DNA from: Scenedesmus sp. PABB004
Taxonomy: Eukaryota
NCBI GenBank assembly: GCA_014905635.1
Contig: JABVCE010000015.1
Span: forward strand, 372,001 to 436,000
Reading direction: 5' to 3'
Length of the DNA stretch: 64,000 nucleotides
Each line of letters begins with the position of its first letter. Position 1 is the first letter of the stretch. Below are positions 1 through 11,228 of this stretch, in pieces. The notes beneath the pieces were generated by a model, which saw only the letters and a program-made list of their open reading frames with translations, had not been told where the DNA came from and ran no database searches. The position numbers were made by a program, and so were the translations under genes.

Positions 1-3000
1 CGACGGCGGCGCCGAGCATCGCCTTGGGCACGTCTGGCGGCCGGGCGAGCGCCGCGCAGCGCGGGCGCGGGCAGCGCGTGGGGCGTCCATCGCACTCCAC
101 CAGGCCACCACGCCGCGTGCGCGCGCGCGCCGCCCCGGCGCCGCCGCGCACCCGCGAACGCGCGCAGGCCGGTGGCCAGCTCATACAGCAGGATGCCAAA
201 CGCATACACCTGGGGCGGTCAGGGATTTGGGTGTTGTGGTTCAGGGTATTAGGGGGCTCGAGGGCAGCGCGCGGCGGGCGAGGCCAGCGGCCGAGGCGCG
301 GCGCGGCGCGGCGCGGCGCGGGCTGCACGCGGGCCGCCGCGGGCGCGAGAGAGGCAGGCAGCTCACGTCGCTCGCGCGGCTCGCGCGGCCGTGGAGGAGC
401 AGCTCGGGCGCCATGTGAGAGAGTGTGCCCCTGTGCACGCCGCTGACGTGCGTGTCGGCGTCGTCGAGGCGCACCGCCAGGCCAAAGTCGGCGACCTTGG
501 CGACCAGCTCCTCGCGCATCCCCGCCACTGCGTGGCCGGCGGCGCAGTGCGCGCCCGCCCCGGGCGCCGGCATCATCAGCTCCTGCTTCAGGAGCACGTT
601 GGCGGCCTTGAGGTCGCCGTGCAGCACGCCTGAGGGCCAGCGGCGGGCGCGGCGGGCGCTCGGCGCGCGGCCGGCGGGCCCCGCTCGCGCCGCGGGCGAG
701 CGCCGGCGGCGGCGGCGGCGGCGGGGCATGGCACGGCGCGGCACAGCGCGACGGCGGCGCGCTCGCCTTCGCTGTGCAGGTGGTGCACCGCGCGCGCGAC
801 GCCGAGCGCGAGGCCGAGGCAGGTGCCGTGGTGCACCGTCCCGCTCACGCGGTCGTCCAGCAGCCGGCCGTCGATCGCGGCGCGCAGCGAGCCCTGCGGG
901 CGCGCCGGCAACGCGGCCGCGCGTGGGCCCGGCAGCTAATCAAGGCCGCCCGGGCGCGCGCGGGGTCGCGCGGCGGCCGTCGCCACGCGCCCCGTCGGCC
1001 TCCCTGAGCCCCCCGCCCCGGCGCACCAGGGGGCAGAACTCCATCACGAGCTGCACCTCCCAGCCGGTGACGGGAAGCCCGGTGCCGCTGCCGCTGCCCC
1101 GGCGGTCGCCGAGCGCGCCGCCGCCGCCGCCGCCGCCGCAGCTGCCGCTGCCGCCGCTGCCGTCGCTGCCGCACAGCGTGCCGGCGCCGGCGCCGGCGCT
1201 GGGGCTGGGCGGGGCGGGCGGGCCGAGGGGGCGCAGCAGGTAGGTGTAGACCTGCGCGGCGCCGCGCCAGAGGCGTGTGTGCGTGTGCGTGTGTGCGTGG
1301 GCGCACGAGCGGGGGCGCGCGGCGCGGCGCGGCGCCCGCCCAGGCCCCAAGCCCCGAACCCCGACACGCCTGCACGATGTTGGGGTGGCTGAGGCTCGCC
1401 GCGAGCGCCGTCTCCATCACGGCCATGCGCTCGCGCCGGCTGCTGCCGCGCCGCTCCGCGCCGCCGCTCCCGCCGCCGGCGCCGCCGTTCGCGGGCAGCG
1501 TGACCACCTTGACTGCAGCGGGGATGCCCCGCCAGGTCGCCCTCCATACGATGCCGAACGCACCCGAGCCGACCACCTCGTGCAGCTGCAGGCCCGAGGC
1601 CGCCGCGGCCGCGGCGGCGCCCGCGGCGCTGGAGCCGGGCGACGACGGCGTGCGCTGCAGCCAGCGGGGGCTGCCGCCCGGCCGGCCCGTCGCTGCCACG
1701 GCCGCCTCCTCCTCGTCGCCCTCCTCCTCGCCCTCCTCCGCCAGCTGGCGCAGGCCCGACGACAGCCGCCGCGGCGCGCCCGCCGGCGACGCGGACAGCC
1801 GCGACACCGGCGGCGGCGAGCGGGTGCTGAGGCAGGACAGCGGGCGGGGGCTGCTGCCGGCGCTTGCGTGCGCCGCGCCCGGTGCCGGCCCCGCGCGGCT
1901 GCCCGCCAGGCGCCGGGCGAGCATGTCGGCGCTCACGGCGCTGATGGCCAGGGACAGCCGCTGCGCCGGGCACGCCTCCGCCGCGGCCGGCGCCGCCGGC
2001 GCGCCCGCGCCGGCGCCGGCCTGCGCATGCGGCAGCCCGCCCTGCCCGGGCCGGCGCGGCGCCTCGGCGCCTTGCTCGTCGTCGTCGTCGGCGGCGGCGG
2101 CGCCGCCCAGGCCGCCGTGCTGCCGGCGGTGCGCGGCCGCCAGCCGCCCCAGGTCCTCGCCCAGGTCCACCACCACGCTGGCGGCGCAGCTACCGCCGCC
2201 GCTCGCGAGGCCGCCCGCGCGCGCCCCCGGCCCGCCCCCGCTCGCGCCGCCGGCGCTGCTGCCGCCGGGCGTGCCCGTGGCGAGCCCGCTGGTGCCGCCC
2301 GCGGTGAGCCCGCCGGTGCCGCCCGCCGTCGAGCCGAGCGGCGTGTCGTTGCAGCAGTCCACCAGCTTGGCGGCGAGCGCAGCGGCGTACGCCCGAAGGT
2401 TCTCGCTGGACCGGGTGCCGCACCCGCCCTCGCCGCCGCTGCCGTCCGGCGGCGACTGCTCCGACCAGGCCGCAACCGCGGCATGGCCCCAGCGGCGCGC
2501 CGGCTTGCCGCGCGCGTCGCGGCCGCCCGACCACGCGCCCTTGCTGCTGCTGGAGCCGCCGGGCCGCGCCTCCAGCGCCGCGGCCTCGCGCCGCCGCCGG
2601 TGCCGCCGGCCGGCGACCCACAGCGCCGCGGCGGCCAGCGGCACCGCGACCGCCAGCGCTGCCACGACCGCGCGCCAGGGCGGCCAGGCGCCGCTGCCGC
2701 CGGCGCCGCCCTCCGGGGCCGGCCAGGCATAGTCGGGCGGCAGCGCGGCGCCTGGCGGCTGCGGCGCGACGCAGACGTTGCGGCCGGTCAGGCCCAGGCC
2801 CTCCATGCTGTCAAAGCACAGCGCCGGCAGCGTGGCTTCCCCGGCGCCGCCGCCGCCGCCGCCCTCCTGGCGCAGGCGCCGCCGGCTCGCGCTGCCGCCG
2901 GGCCCGCCGCCGCCGCCGCCGCCGCGCGGCAGCAGCAGGCCGCGATACGCCGCGGGCAGCGTACCCGCGGCGCTCGGGTACAGCACGCTCAGCAGCGCGG

Positions 3001-6000
3001 CCGAGGCGTTGCCGCCCGCCGCCGCAAGCGCCGAGGCGGCGGCGGCGACGAGCTGCTCCGCCTCGCCCGGCGGCAGCAGCAGCGTGACGTTGATGAGCGC
3101 GACGGCCGCGTGGTCTGCGGTCAGGTTGCGGCGCACGCTCCACACGAGGTGCGTCCACGCCTCGGCGGGCGCGCGCGCCAGCCAGGCGGCGCCAGCCGCG
3201 GCGCCGCCGGCGCCGCCGGCCGGCACCGCCGCGGGCCCCGTCGCGGGCACCGCCGCGGCGGCGAGCCCGCCGCCCTGCGGCAGCGCGCCGAGCGTGAGGC
3301 CGGAGAGCTGCAGCAGCGCCGCGCCCGCGGGCCGCACGGGTAGCTCGCCCGTGCCGCCCGGGCCGAGCGGCGGCGGCGGCGGCGCGTCGACGACGCGAAA
3401 CACGTCCGCCGTGTGCGCAGCGTCAATCACCAGCGGCGGCGCGCCCGCGCCGGCGCCGCGCAGCTGCACGGGGCAGCGCACGAGCACGCCGCCGCCGGGC
3501 GCGGGCCACGCCGCCGGCAGGCCCTCCGCGGGGTCGGCCGCCTCCGTGTCGGGCGGCGGCGACGGCAGCGGCGGCGGCGCGCCCACGCCCGCGCCCGCGC
3601 CCGCGCCGCCCCCCGGCGGCGGCGGCGACGGCGCCGGCGGGAAGTATTGGGCAAAGCTGAGCGGCGCCGGCGCCCAGCACGTGACGGGCGCGGGCGGCGC
3701 GGCGCCCGCGCGCGCGGGCGGGCGCGGGCCCGGGCCGGGGCCGGGCAGCAGGATGTGGTCGCGGCTGCAGGCGCTGCGGCGCTGGTTCCACAGCGTTATG
3801 ACGAGGTCCTCGAGCGTGTACACCGCGCCCACCTGCGCGGCGGCCGCCGGCGGCCGGCGGCGACGCGCGCGGTCGCGCGACGCGGCACACAGGGCGTGGT
3901 GTGAGCGCGGCGCGGCGGGGCGCCGAGGCGCGCCCGGCCGCGGGGGCGACCAGCCGAGCCGAGCCGAGATCGCGGGCGCACCGCGGGGTCGGCCTGGCCC
4001 TCCAGCAGCGGCTGGTGCAGCGACGCGTTGAACGGCAGCGGCAGCGCGTGCGCGGCGGCCGGGCGCGTGGTGTAAGTGACGTTGCACACGTACTGCGCCG
4101 CGCGGCACAGGGCGGCGGCGGCGGTGTCGGGGACGCGGTCGCCGAGCGCGCAGCAGGCGCGGTGACGGCGGCGGCGACCGCGCCGCGCCGCGCTGCTGAT
4201 GTGTGGTGCGGCCACACACACCTGGTCCTTCTTGGAGGCCTCGAGGATGACGTAATCGCCCGGCACGCGGCCCCGCGTGTACTGCGCGGCGGCGCGGGGT
4301 TGGCGCGCGCGCGCCGCCGCGGCGGGCCTGGCCCCGCCCCAGCGCAGCGCAGCGCGGGCGCGGGGCGCGGGGCGCGCGGTCGCCCCGCCCGCGCTCACGC
4401 GAATGACCGTGTAGCGCAGCGCGTCGCGCAGGAAGGCCGTCTGCTGCCGCCAGAAGGGCAGGTCGGAGTTGAACGCGTTGATCCTGGCGGGGGGGGGGGG
4501 TCAAACCATCAAGGGTTTTGGGTTTTGGGTCAACGTCGCGCGGGCGCGGCGGCGGCGGCGGCGACGTGGGTCTGCGCCGCTCTCCGGGCGGCGCGCGGGC
4601 GGCGCGCGGCGCGCGCGGGCTCTGCGCGAACGCCCCCCGGGGCGCGGCGGGTGCGCCCCGGAGGTCACCCCCGGGCCCCGCGGTGAGCGCCTGGCGGGCG
4701 GCTGGCGGGCCCGGGGCGCACCAATACACGATGCTCTCGATCTGACGCGCCTCTGGCAGCACGAGCACCACGTCGTGCAGCACCAGCCGCGGCGCCGCGC
4801 TGCGCGACGCGGCGGCGCGCGCGCGCGCGGGCGGGGCGGGGGCGCGCCGTCGGCCGGGGCGTCCGCGCGGCGCGGCGCTGGTCAATCATAATTGATTGAT
4901 TGATTGAATTGATCAATCAATCAATACACCGCGAGCAGTCGTCAACCGCCCGCACCGCTTGTAGGCAAACGCCCAGAGCTGGTTGCTGAGCAGGATGCTG
5001 TTGCCCTCCGCCTGCTGGCTGCTCGCCTCGTCGCCATACGCCAGGTTCTCGAGCGCCAGGCTCAGCAGCGTCGCGTTGGCCCACCTGCCGGACAGCTGCA
5101 CCTGGCCCACCTGCATGCCCTGTGCAGGCGTCGCGAGCGCGCGCGCGCGCAGGGCGCGGTCGGCCACGGGGCCGGCGGGCGCGGCGCCGCGCGGCGCCGC
5201 GCACCCTCCCCCACGAGCCGCCGCGGCCGCCGCACCAGGTCGAGCGACGTCACGCGCCAGCTGCTGCCGAGCAGCACCAGCGGCCGCGCCACGACCAGGC
5301 CGCCGGGCGGCCAGGCGCCGGGCGGCGCGAAGCGCGGCGCGAGCGAGGCATTGGCCGCGAGCGCCACGAGCAGCGGCGACGCCGACGGCGCGCCCGCGAG
5401 CCGGCGCAGCAGCGGAACCAGCGTGGCGTTGGTCGCGGCCAGCACGTAGCTGTCCGTGACGGTCACGATGCCCGCGGCGTCGCCGCCGGCCGCGTCGCCG
5501 GCGCCGACGCGCGCCGCCGCCGGCGCGAGCAGCGTGAGCGCACGCGCCTGGCGGCCGCGGCCGCCGCCGCGCGCGCCGGCGGGGCGGGGCGGTGAGCGCG
5601 GCGCCCCTCGCGTGCGCCGGATGGCCCTCGACGCGGCCGCGGCGCCTGCCGGCCGGGCCGCGCACCTCGACGACGCCAAACGGCGGCGCGCTGAAGTTGC
5701 GCAGGTGCACGAACGAGGTGTTGTCACTCAGCAGCGTCGCCGCCGGCACGGCGAGCAGGAAGGCCAGGTGCGCCTGGCGGCGCGCGGGCGGCGGCGGGCG
5801 CAGCGGGCGCAGGGGGCGTCGCCCGTGGGGCGGCGGCGCAGACGGCCGCCCGCCCGCATGCGCGCGCGCGCCGGGCCTGCCGCGCGCGCGCCTTGAGCGC
5901 CTCGGGCGTGACGAGCGCCTGCACGTCGCGCAGCCGCAGCGACGCGCCGGGCGGCAGCGGCGCGAGCGCGCGCGGCAGCAGCGCGAGGCTGGGGTTGCCG

Positions 6001-6606
6001 TCGGGCGGCGTGAGCGACGCGTTGACGAGCAGCAGGTCCTGCAGGACCAGCGCGCCGCCGCGCGGCAGCAGCAGCGCCGGCGCGGGGTCGCCCGGCACCG
6101 CGGCGCGCAGCTCGACCGCCGGCGGGCGGCCGAGGGCGCCGTCGTACACGCCTGCGCGGCACGGTGGGGCGCGCGCGGGCGACGCGGAGGGGCGCGCGCT
6201 CGGGCGGTCTTCTGCAGCGCGCCGGGCGTGCCGCCGCGGCCGCCGCTGCCGCTGCGCTGCACTGGGCCTGCTCAACGGGCGCGCTGCGCTGCGCAGCAGC
6301 CCGCGCAGGCGCCGCGCCGCGCCGCGCCGCCGCCGCACCCGCCACGACCGCCTCGCCTGCGAGCAGCAGGCCGCCGTTGCGCGCCGCGGCGTCGTCGGCG
6401 TGCGCCACTGCAAGGTAGCAGCCGCCCGGCGCCACGGGAACGTCCAGGCGCGCGAGGCCGCCGCCCGAGGCCGGCCCAGCGCGCGCCGGGGTGGCCCCCT
6501 GCCCGGCGGCCGCGGCGCACGCCGGCCAGGCCGCCGCGCTCTTGGGCGCGTCCGGTGTTGCCGCGGACGCCAGACCCGCCAGCAGGAGCGCGAGCAGCGC
6601 GATCAT
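1..6606 (-). CDS. Single-pass receptor-like protein kinase (TKL-type, non-RD), multi-exon, 3' end beyond window start
   Basis: Signal peptide MIALLALLLAGLASAA (ATG at 6606) and a long ectodomain. TM helix WRAVVAALAVAVPLAAAALWVAG followed by RRHRRRR (~2590-2680). Kinase motifs across exons: VGSGAFGIVW..AVK (~1500-1580), HPNIVQ/VYTY, VQLVMEFCP, HGDLKAANVLL (~590-630), DFG and GTLSHMAPE (~400-500), DVYAFGILLYEL (~170-210). Joining all ectodomain exons into one gene is inferred. Confidence 0.85.
4891..4925. repeat. AT-rich inverted repeat of (ATTG)n/(CAAT)n inside a kinase intron
   Basis: ATTGATTGATTGA (4891-4903) is the exact reverse complement of TCAATCAATCAAT (4913-4925), with a 9-nt loop, in otherwise very GC-rich DNA. 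Confidence 0.9.
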
Positions 6607-6980
6607 CGCGGCGCGCCGGCTCGGTCGCGGCCGGGCACACCGCGCTCCGCGGCGCCCATGGCCCGCTGGGGCTCGGGGAGGCCGGGATCGGCGTGGAGAG
6701 GCGACTGGGAGGGCGCTGGGGGCGCGACGCGCTGGCTGGGCACCACTCCGCGGGGTCGGGCGCGCTGCGCCCACGCGCGCGCGTGCTGCCGCGGCGCTCT
6801 AGAGCGAGTCGAACGCGCGACGCCAGCGCGACTGGCGCTGCGCGCGGGCTGGCTGAGAAAGTGCTGCGGCGCGCGCGCAGCTCCCGCCACCGCCGCAGAT
6901 CGCAGAATCGGGCCTTTGCAACCGCCGCCGCCACCCGGCCCGCCCTGTCCGATGCTGCTGCGCCACCAGGAGCGCCGGCC

Positions 6981-7623
6981 TCACCCCGCCGCCGGCTGCT
7001 CTGCCGACTGCGCCAGCAGCGCCGCGAGGCCGCCGTGCTGCTGCGCGCCGGCGGCGGGGCTCGCGCCGCGCACGCCGGTGCCCTGCAGGCCTGGGCTGGG
7101 GCTGCGCAGCAGCGCGCCGCCCGCCTGCGCCGCCGCGGCGGCGGCGACCGCGGCCGCCTGGGCCAGCATGCGCGCCTGCAGCGTCGCCTGGGGCGACTCC
7201 AGCGCGGCGGGCGTCGCCGCGGGCGTGGGCGGCGGCGCCGCCGCGGCGGCCTCCTGCGCGCCGGCCGCCGCAAAGGGCGTGACCGCCGCCGCTCCAGCCG
7301 CCGCTGCCGCCGCTACCGCCGCCTGCGTGCGCGCCCGCGCGGCGTCCGGCTGCAGCTCGGCGAGCGCGGCCGCCGCCGCGGCGAGCAGCGCGACGCGCGC
7401 AAAGCGCCAGCGCTGCTCCAGCACGCTCAGCAGCGGCTGCTGCTGCTGCTGCTGGTCCGGCGGCGCCTGCGTGTCCGGTGGCGCCTGCGCGTCCGGCGGC
7501 GCCTGCGCGCCGCCTGCGGCTGCAGGCGGCGGCAGCGGCGGCGGCGGCGCGCCCCCGCGGCGGCGCCCTCCGCCGGCTGCTGCGCGGCCGCCGCCGCGGC
7601 CGCCGTCGCCACGCCGCCCGCGG

Positions 7624-7657
<34 letters not shown>

Positions 7658-8289
7658 GCCGGCCCCGCCCGCCGGCGCCGGCGCCGGCGCGGGCGCCGCC
7701 TGCATGTCGAGGCTCGCTGCGCTGGTCAGCGCGTCGAGCGCCCGCACGAGCAGCGCCGCCGCGTCGGGCGCGTGCGCGTGCAGGCCGTTCCAGACCCACA
7801 CCGGCAGCGCGAGCTGCCCGGGGCTGGGGCCCGCGCCGCTCGCGGCGAGCGCCGAGCTGGCGGCGGGGTCCCAGAGGCCGCCGTTGTCCTGTGAGCGCGC
7901 GCGGGGCGCGGGGCGCGGGGCGCGGGTGAGGGCCCGCGCGGCACGGCGCGGCGCAGACGCGAGCGGGCCGCCGCGCACCAGCACGCGCTGGCAGGCCGCC
8001 ACGAGCTGCTGCTGCTCCTCGTCGAGGCTCCCGAAAAAGTGCGGCAGCTGCTGCGGCGGGCCTGCGGCGCGGCGGCGGCGGCCGCGGCGGCGGCGCGGTC
8101 GGAGCGCGGCGTGGCGGCAGCGCGCGGTGCAGGGCCTGCGCGCGGGCACCTGCGGACTTGCGCTTGCGCTTTTTGCTGGCCCACTTGTCGCCCCACTCAT
8201 AGTCGGCCGCGGCGTAGAGCTCGCCGGCAGACCGCCGCCGCCGCGCGGCGCCGCTGCCGCCGCCGGCGTCCCAGTAGGGCTGCTGGCCG

Positions 8290-8324
<35 letters not shown>

Positions 8325-9141
8325 CTTGGCTGCGCGGGGGGCGGCGGCGGCGTGGGCGCGCGAGGTCGGCGGCGGCAACGCGGGCGCGCGGCGGCGGCGG
8401 CGGCCGGGCAGGCGCGGCGGTCGCCGCACCTTTGCTGCCGTGCGCGGGCGCGCCCAGCTGCGCCGCGCGGCGCCGCTGCTCCTCCTTGGCCTCCCAGTCC
8501 TCCTCGTCGTCGTAGTCCTGCGCGCGGGCGGCGGCGGCGCCCGCTCCTTGCTCGCTGGCTGCGGCGTGGCGCGCGCGGTGTGGCGCTGCTCGGCGGTGGC
8601 GGCGGCGCCGATCGTGCGCCGGGCGCGCCCGGAGACACGCGGGCCCGCGCCGCGGGCGCCGCGGGGCGCCGCCGCGGCGCAACCGCCGCGCAGCAGCAGC
8701 GGCAGCAGCGTCGGCGGGGCGGCGTGCCTCCCCGGGCGCGACGCTGCGGCGCTCCGCTGCGTCCTGCGCGCGTCCTGCCCCGCGCGTCCGCGGCCTCGCA
8801 GCGGGCGCAGGGGCCGCCAGGCGGGCGCACCTCCTCGGGGATGTCGCACGAGTTCCTGTAGGGGTCCGTGTTCATCGCACAGAACCTGCGGCGCGCCCGC
8901 GCGGCGTGGGGCGCGCCGGTCCCAGCCCAGGGCACGTCCCAGGCCGCCCCGCCGGCCGGCAGGCGCACCACTCGGCGTTGTCGGGAGGCGCCTTGCTGCC
9001 GGGCGGCAGCTTGCGCCACTTTTTGCATCCCGGCGCGTCGCACTGCACCCACACCTCCTCCACGAGCACCGGCACCGGCCGCGCCAGGCCGGGCAGCGCG
9101 AAGAGGCCGCCGCCCGCCAGGGCGGCCCGGCCCTTCACCAT
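6981..9141 (-). CDS. CW-type zinc finger protein with poly-Q/Ala-rich C-terminus, multi-exon
   Basis: The spliced sequence EEVWVQCDAPGCKKWRKLPPGSKAPPDNAEW/FCAMNTDPYRNSCDIPEE matches the zf-CW pattern WVQCD-x-C-x-KWR...W-x-C...C. ATG at 9141. The stop at 6981 is inferred from the last coding-like exon. Confidence 0.85.
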
Positions 9142-9346
9142 CGCGGCGGAGGCGCGCTGTGAGGGGGCACGTCGCACCGGCGGTCTGCCCTGAGCGCCGG
9201 CCGGGCGGCGGCGCCGCCGGGGGTGGCGCGGCGCGGGCGGTCAGCGCAGCGCGGTTTTCTTGGCGCTGCGCCGCGCGCCGCCGCCAGCCCGTCTGTGCAC
9301 CTGCGCCAGACTCCCCAGCACACACACGGCCAAGCCAGGGCGAGCC

Positions 9347-10726
9347 ATGGCGGCGCCCGCGCCGGGCGCGGCGAAGCGGCGGCGCGGCGCGGCGCGGCTG
9401 CCGGTGCTCGACCGCCACGCTGCGCTGGTCGTGACCCTGCAGCGCCGCCACCGAGCGGCGGCGGACGCGACGGTGGCGCGCGCGGCGGCGGCGGCGCGAG
9501 CCCGAGCCCGGCTCGCGCGCAAGGCCGCGCGCGTGCGCGCGGCCATCCTGGGCGGCGGCGCTGCCGGCGGCGGCGCTGCCAGCGAAGGCGCGCCGGCGGC
9601 CTGCGCGCCGGCGGCGCGCCGCGGGCGCCGCGACGCCGCGGCCGCGCGCGCGGGCGCCGCGCCGCGCGAGGACCCTGCCCCGCGGCCGTGGAGCAGCAGG
9701 GCGCGGCGGAGGCAGGTGGGGAGGAGGACATGGAGGCGTTCCTGGACAGCCTCCTGCGGCAGGCGGAGCAGCAGCAGCAGTGCGCCAGCACCGGCAGCTG
9801 CCCCGCGGCGGCGGCGCCGCCGCCGCCGCCGCCGGCGCCGGCGCCCGCGCCGCCGTCGCGGCCGGGCACGGTGGCGGGCCGCGCCGCGCCCCGGCCCGCG
9901 TGGGCGCTCACGGCGGCGCAGGCGGGCGCGGCCGACGCGGACGCGGACGAGGCCGAGGAGGAGGAGCGGTCGCTGCTCGACTTTGCGGAGGGGCTCGCCT
10001 GGCCGGAGCTGGTGGGCCAGCTCGACGACGCGCAGCTGTCGGCGGCGTTTGAGCAGCTGGACGCCGCCGAGGCGGCCGCGGCCGGCGGCCCGAGGCCCGC
10101 GGTCGACGGCGCGGCGTGGCGGCGGAGCTTTGTGGCCGCGCTCAACGCGGCCGCGATGCGCGGCGTCGCCGCGGCCGCGGCGCGGCGGTGCGACGGCGAG
10201 CGCGGGGGCGGCGCGGGCGCGCGCGGCAGCGAGTCCGAGCAGCACGACCAGCGCAGGTGCTGCGCCTGGGGGCGCTCCGGGGCGTGCGGGCGCGAGCCGC
10301 CCGCGCGCCGCGCCCGTGCCGGGCCGCTGCCGACGCCCGCGCCGCGCGGCCGCCGTGCGCAGCGAGGCGCCGTCGAGCGTGAGCCAGGCGCGCCGCGCCG
10401 AGTCAGTGGCGGCGCGGCGGCAGAAGCTGGTGGCGCGGCTCGCGAGCCTCGCCGGCGGCAGCCGCGCTGGCAGCAGCGTGGCGGGCGACGCCCGGGCCGG
10501 CAGCACGGCCGGCGGCGGCGCCGCCGCCGCGGGCGAGTGGGACCGCTCCACGCGCGCCGGCGGCGACGACGTCGCGCAGCTGGGGGGCGCGCTGGCCACG
10601 CTAGAGGCTGCCGAGGCGCTGGGCGAGCACCCTGAGCTGCGTGGCGTGCACAGCGTGGCGAGCGTGCGCGGGCTGCTGGCGCGGCTGCAGCTCGCCGGCG
10701 GCCAGCCCGCGGCGGCAGCGCAGTGA
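9347..10726 (+). CDS. Hypothetical protein (basic N-terminus, acidic/helical middle), multi-exon
   Basis: ATG at 9347 (MAAPAPGAAKRRRGAARLPVLDRHAALVVTLQRRH). Protein-like segments EEDMEAFLDSLLRQ, ERSLLDFAEGLAWPELVGQLDDAQL and SEAPSSVSQARRAESVAARRQKLV. No family recognised. Confidence 0.55.
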   Translation: MAAPAPGAAKRRRGAARLPVLDRHAALVVTLQRRHRAAADATVARAAAAARARARLARKAARVRAAILGGGAAGGGAASEGAPAACAPAARRGRRDAAAARAGAAPREDPAPRPWSSRARRRQVGRRTWRRSWTASCGRRSSSSSAPAPAAAPRRRRRRRRRRRRRPRRRRGRARWRAAPRPGPRGRSRRRRRARPTRTRTRPRRRSGRCSTLRRGSPGRSWWASSTTRSCRRRLSSWTPPRRPRPAARGPRSTARRGGGALWPRSTRPRCAASPRPRRGGATASAGAARARAAASPSSTTSAGAAPGGAPGRAGASRPRAAPVPGRCRRPRRAAAVRSEAPSSVSQARRAESVAARRQKLVARLASLAGGSRAGSSVAGDARAGSTAGGGAAAAGEWDRSTRAGGDDVAQLGGALATLEAAEALGEHPELRGVHSVASVRGLLARLQLAGGQPAAAAQ

Positions 10727-10990
10727 CGTGGGGCGCCGGGTCAGACCAGGTGCAAAAGTTACGCTTGCAGGCCCGCCGCCGACCGGAACGTTTTCCCTCT
10801 GCGCGCCGCAGGCGGCATGCGCGCCCGCCCGCCCGCCCGCCCCCGCCCACGTTGTTTTGGAGATCCGGCCCCCGCTCCGGTGCCGGGGTTGAGCCCGACC
10901 GCGGCACTGCCCCCACCCGGTGCGGCACGTGCGTCGCCGCACGCGCGGACGCCAGTTCCGCACCAGAAATCGTTCGTGCAGTCATGCCGC

Positions 10991-11011
10991 CACACACACA
11001 CACACACACAC
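10991..11011. repeat. (CA)n microsatellite
   Basis: About 10 CA units between two convergent genes. Confidence 0.9.
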
Positions 11012-11228
11012 CTTGTGCGGCCGGAGGCCTCGCTGTGCACTGCCCGCCGGCGCGCCGCCGCCGCCGCGCCCCCGTCCCTCGGCTGGACAAAGTGCTGGGA
11101 CTGAATGCTGGAGGGGGTCGTTTGGCAGCCCAACGGCTGTGCAGGTTGGGACGCATGGAGCGGCGCGCCGCCGCCGTGGGCGCGCCCGGTGCGGAGTGGC
11201 CGGCGCGGCCCGACGCGCGCGCGCCGCC

